Origin: Rhizodiscina lignyota | Taxonomy: Eukaryota | DNA length: 64,000 nt | Direction: 5' to 3' | Assembly (NCBI GenBank): GCA_010015805.1 | Contig: ML978131.1 | Span: 992,001 to 1,056,000 of the forward strand | In this document: positions 60,613-64,000 of the stretch, piece by piece | Position numbering within the stretch: the first letter of the stretch is position 1 | How the letters are laid out: each line of letters begins with the position of its first letter | Position numbers and translations under genes: made by a program | The notes under the pieces: model-generated | Seen by the model: the letters and a program-made list of their open reading frames with translations, nothing else | What the model was told of the DNA's origin: nothing | Database searches by the model: none

Positions 60613-61757
60613 TCAGAACCACGCAAGCGTCCACAGCGCTGGCATGTTGGGCCATTTCTCCTGCCACTCTGCAAGAATATCTGGCACTCTCTCGTCAAAG
60701 CCCTGTCGTGCCGCTCCTCCCCCTTGCTCCCATGCTGCCGCGCCTGCCCTCTCTCTCTCTTCTTTTGCGGCATCGTTCAATCTATTAGCCAGATCCAGAA
60801 TAGCCTTGCCTCCAACGAGTGCCTCCTCGTGGTTATCCTTGATGTCCACATTGAACACGTGGACTGGCCTGTTCAGCGGGCTGCCTCTATTCAGCAAATC
60901 CTCCACCACCGCATCCCAACATCTCTCTTCGCATGTGATGACCACGTCTACGATACCGCCTTCTGTACCTCTGGCACCCTTGTCTCCTATCGCAACATGC
61001 TCGAAGCGCGGTATACCAGGTTGCCAATTTTGCCATCGCTCCGGGAAGGACTTGATGTGCCGATTGCGATCGAGCATTGTCAGAAGGCCGTTCGCTTTGT
61101 AGAGACGTGGGTCTTTGGCTTGTAGCTCGTCGTGCATTGCTCCGTATGTCGTGCTGTTGAATGGGTAGACGTTCGGTTGGGATAACGATGGCCCCGGAAG
61201 ACGGACAAGACTGCCTGTTCCGAAAGAGATGGTGGGATAATTACTTGAGAGCTGTAGATGTGCCTCCATTGATCTGACGGTCGTGAAGTTAGCAAGCTGT
61301 AAATGAATATGATATAAACCGAGTTAACTAAGCATCGTGATTTTGAATGAGCAAACGTAGCGAATACAAGACATAAACCAGGCCCTGATATGGCAGAATC
61401 AGTCCAGCAGGGAAGGGCATTGCCAGGTTCGACAGAAGTAGTTCAAAGCGAATATTGACTTGTATTTGTGGACTATCATACAAGCACACGAGGGTAAACA
61501 CAAAATCCACGTAGAGATACAGCAACATGACGCTCGTCAATACAACCACTAGCATATCTCAGCATCACTCACCTGTTCTGATTGCTCGCACACACTGTGC
61601 AGAACTTCAGCTTGAATCCCCCTTCGTCCTTCGCTGGCTCTTCAGGCCGAGTGTCTGATGCCCCATCAAGCCCCATTTGTGTCGAGTCTGGAACTGCTTC
61701 GATTGGCGGTGGGGGAGGTGGTGGAGGAGCGTGACGTCGACGCGGATCTAGTGACAT
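60613..61757 (-). CDS. SSU72: RNA polymerase II CTD phosphatase Ssu72
   Basis: Catalytic [15 protein letters not shown] split by intron 61572-61274; [30 protein letters not shown]. Confidence 0.95.
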
Positions 61758-62175
61758 GTTGGGCTTTTTGTTGCGATCGAGGTGTGGAATTCGAGATTTA
61801 GGAAGTAGCGATCGCGGCCGTGGAAGGCATGTGCGTAGCCAACGGGCTGAGCTAGATGTACTGCTTGATAAGTGTTAGTTTGGGGACCGAAGGCGCGCGC
61901 CTAAGAGAGAGAAGCAGATGTTGAGAGAGATCAGATGGTCAATTTGATAGTTGTGTCCTCACGGGTTGAGTACAATAGGACAGCTCCAATAAGTTTGTCA
62001 TCAAGGAAGAAGGCAGAAAGAGTTGGAACGCTTTCGGAGATAGAGAAGACACATGTCCACAGTACGTACAGTTAATGTCCCCTTTTCCATCAATATTGTG
62101 GTGTGACAATGCGTAGTCTTGAAGGTGGAAACGAAGCCCTTGTGAGGTCGACACGAAAATGTGGTCGTGGGCACA

Positions 62176-62344
62176 TAACCCTAACCCTACCAACGGACAC
62201 AGAAAATGTTAGTTAGGGTTTTCACAACGGCCAACCCCTAACCATCGACCCAAACACCTTTCCAATATGTTAACTAGGGTTTGGAGACCCTAGACACTAA
62301 CAGCTCTGGTGGTGGCTCAGCATGAGTAGGGTTCTCAACCCCTA
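62176..62344. repeat. Cluster of telomere-like (TTAGGG/CCCTAA-related) elements in both orientations
   Basis: TAACCCTAACCCTA 62176, TTAGGGTT 62213, AACCCCTAACC 62233, CTAGGGTT 62274, ACCCTAG 62287, TAGGGTT 62327, AACCCCTA 62337. Confidence 0.7.
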
Positions 62345-63201
62345 TTCACCTCAGTCCAACCCACGCGGAACTCTTTCTGCCCACGCCCAACCACAATCAC
62401 TGAACACGAAAGATCCGTCAGCTCGGCACTTGAGGGGATGCTTCTGTTCTTGAATTTGGAAATTATCGTTGCAGCTGACAAAGTGCTTCTATGACATAGA
62501 AGACTTCCGAGAATCCGAAGAATTCGGATGCATGCATCTCACTACCACTATCACCGAATTCATCGTCTGCGAGCCACATATCTCGAACTCATTTCACACA
62601 AAAGACCAAGGTTGAAGATGGATCCATCTTGCATTTTTTGTTACTCTTGTTCGAGCCTCCCCTACGCGAACAAGTATCTCGTTAGATCTCATGTAACAAA
62701 AGGAAAAAGGGAGTGTATCAGCCCGGGAACGGAGATGCGTCACCCAATTCTGCCGGCCGCTATGGAGTACATGAATCCCAAGCTCTGCCAAACAAAAGAG
62801 AAGATCGCTGCTCTGCGTCATGCCATACCTCTGAAGACCTCCCAGTAGTTTGAACCCAGTCGCAGATTCCCAGACTTCCAGACGTGTCGCTGTGCATAGT
62901 CAGAAGAGAAGAAGCCCACTCATGTTTCGCCGTGACCTGAACCATTCTGAGTGTGTGCCATCTGTCCTTTGCTCCGTTGCTGTGCTGCGCATGTCCAGAC
63001 GCCTCCATGTTACCCGATTGATCGCATTTGACAAAGGAAAACCTGAAGTTTCAAAACAAGTTCTAAAAGCAGCCCCCACATGTGTTTTTCTGTTTGATCC
63101 TTTTGATCTTCTTGAGCACGATATTCCCTTCACATGACCTTAACTTGTCATAACTTGCCGATGAATGCCCCATTTCAGGACGAGAGAGATACTTGAGAGC
63201 A

Positions 63202-64000
63202 TCAGTAATAGCGGCCGACGAAGCTGTCCGGCAATGCTGAGAGACCGAAGAAAGCGCCGACGCCGCCAACGACACCACCGACGAGCGCACTAGTGAACGC
63301 GGTAGCGGCAAGCGCGAGACGAGCACGCTTTGGTGGACGTTCCTCGGTTGTCAGAGCTTCTCGGTTCACAGCAGCGCCGTCCTCAATTGCGGTCTCCACT
63401 TGGTCCGTCGTATTTGGTGCCTCCGTTATAGCCGCGTCCTCCTTCTCGCTCTTCTCCGTTTCCATGGCAGCGGTGCGCTCCATGCTCTCCCTGAAAGCGG
63501 CGTACGCCTTGTACCTATCGGCCCTGAGTGTCTGCATTTTCTCGACAACCGAAACCGGCACAGACTCGGTGGGCTTCTCGCGCTGCGTGATGACCGACTC
63601 ATCGAAGTCCTTAGGCAGGCCCAAGGGGAATGACACCTTGCCGGGCTTGCTACGAGTATGATAACCATGGAGATCGTTCGCAATGTCGTCGTTGGCAACA
63701 TCGTTAAAGCCTAGCAGCGTCTTGATGATAGACCCATTAACGAGCTCGTCGTCGAGATCGTCAGCATGAGACAAAACATCATCATGAGCGAAGGTGTCGA
63801 AGCTGCGCTTCTTTGAGCCGATGGCCATGTCACTCGGTCCAGGGAATGAGCGTAGCGGAGGTGGTGGTGGAAATCCGCGGCGTGAACCAGCTTCGGCACC
63901 AGCAGATGCTTCACGCACTGACACTGTCCACGGCGCCGCAGTCATGAATGAAGCGTCGCGGTCGTTGCTGTCCATGCCGAAGACTGGCGCCTCGCTCATG
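63202..64000 (-). CDS. 3' part of a hypothetical tail-anchored protein (5' end probably beyond the window)
   Basis: Open frame running to the window edge; acidic low-complexity region, then basic RPPKRARL and a C-terminal Gly-rich TM helix (ALVGGVVGGVGAFFGL). Confidence 0.65.
   Translation of the reverse strand, partial: MSEAPVFGMDSNDRDASFMTAAPWTVSVREASAGAEAGSRRGFPPPPPLRSFPGPSDMAIGSKKRSFDTFAHDDVLSHADDLDDELVNGSIIKTLLGFNDVANDDIANDLHGYHTRSKPGKVSFPLGLPKDFDESVITQREKPTESVPVSVVEKMQTLRADRYKAYAAFRESMERTAAMETEKSEKEDAAITEAPNTTDQVETAIEDGAAVNREALTTEERPPKRARLALAATAFTSALVGGVVGGVGAFFGLSALPDSFVGRYY

Noticed and set aside
61380..61572. TPP riboswitch in the SSU72 intron (GCTGAGA present on the sense strand)
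   Set aside because: The downstream CCTGAT/GATAATGC/CGTAGG core is missing and the gene is unrelated to thiamine.
1..64000. tRNA, rRNA, CRISPR arrays, intact transposons or RIP-degraded AT-rich blocks
   Set aside because: No cloverleaf with a T-loop consensus, rRNA-like tract, spaced repeat array, transposase/RT motif or extended AT-rich island was seen by eye.

Overview
Gene-dense, intron-containing DNA from a filamentous ascomycete (Pezizomycotina). This is supported by GT-AG introns with CTRAC branch points, Zn2Cys6 factors and a chitin synthase. About 24 protein-coding loci can be supported. Conserved genes: HMT1-type ABC half-transporter (truncated at the left edge), RTC1/SEA2, class I-type chitin synthase, glycerol kinase, aquaglyceroporin, PRI2, PHO13, aspartyl aminopeptidase, CDH1, an 11-intron oxalate decarboxylase, Hikeshi/OPI10 and SSU72. 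Accessory material between them: a tandem pair of genes built from an unrecognised ~70-aa repeat domain; a backbone-less P450/MFS/RTA1/Upc2-like-TF cluster; several LPxE (F-box-like) orphans; and decaying gene copies. The most notable signals are (i) the novel repeat-domain gene pair, (ii) a UGA-CUAG readthrough context on the aminopeptidase giving a short PTS1-like tail, (iii) the detox-like cluster, whose MFS intron has a non-canonical acceptor, (iv) the divergent glycerol kinase/aquaglyceroporin pair, and (v) motif clusters: PacC-like sites at the oxalate decarboxylase, MCB boxes at PRI2, and teloboxes plus hairpins near SSU72. No tRNA, rRNA, CRISPR array or intact transposon could be supported. 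Exon boundaries were read by eye and all family assignments come from motif recognition, not database searches.
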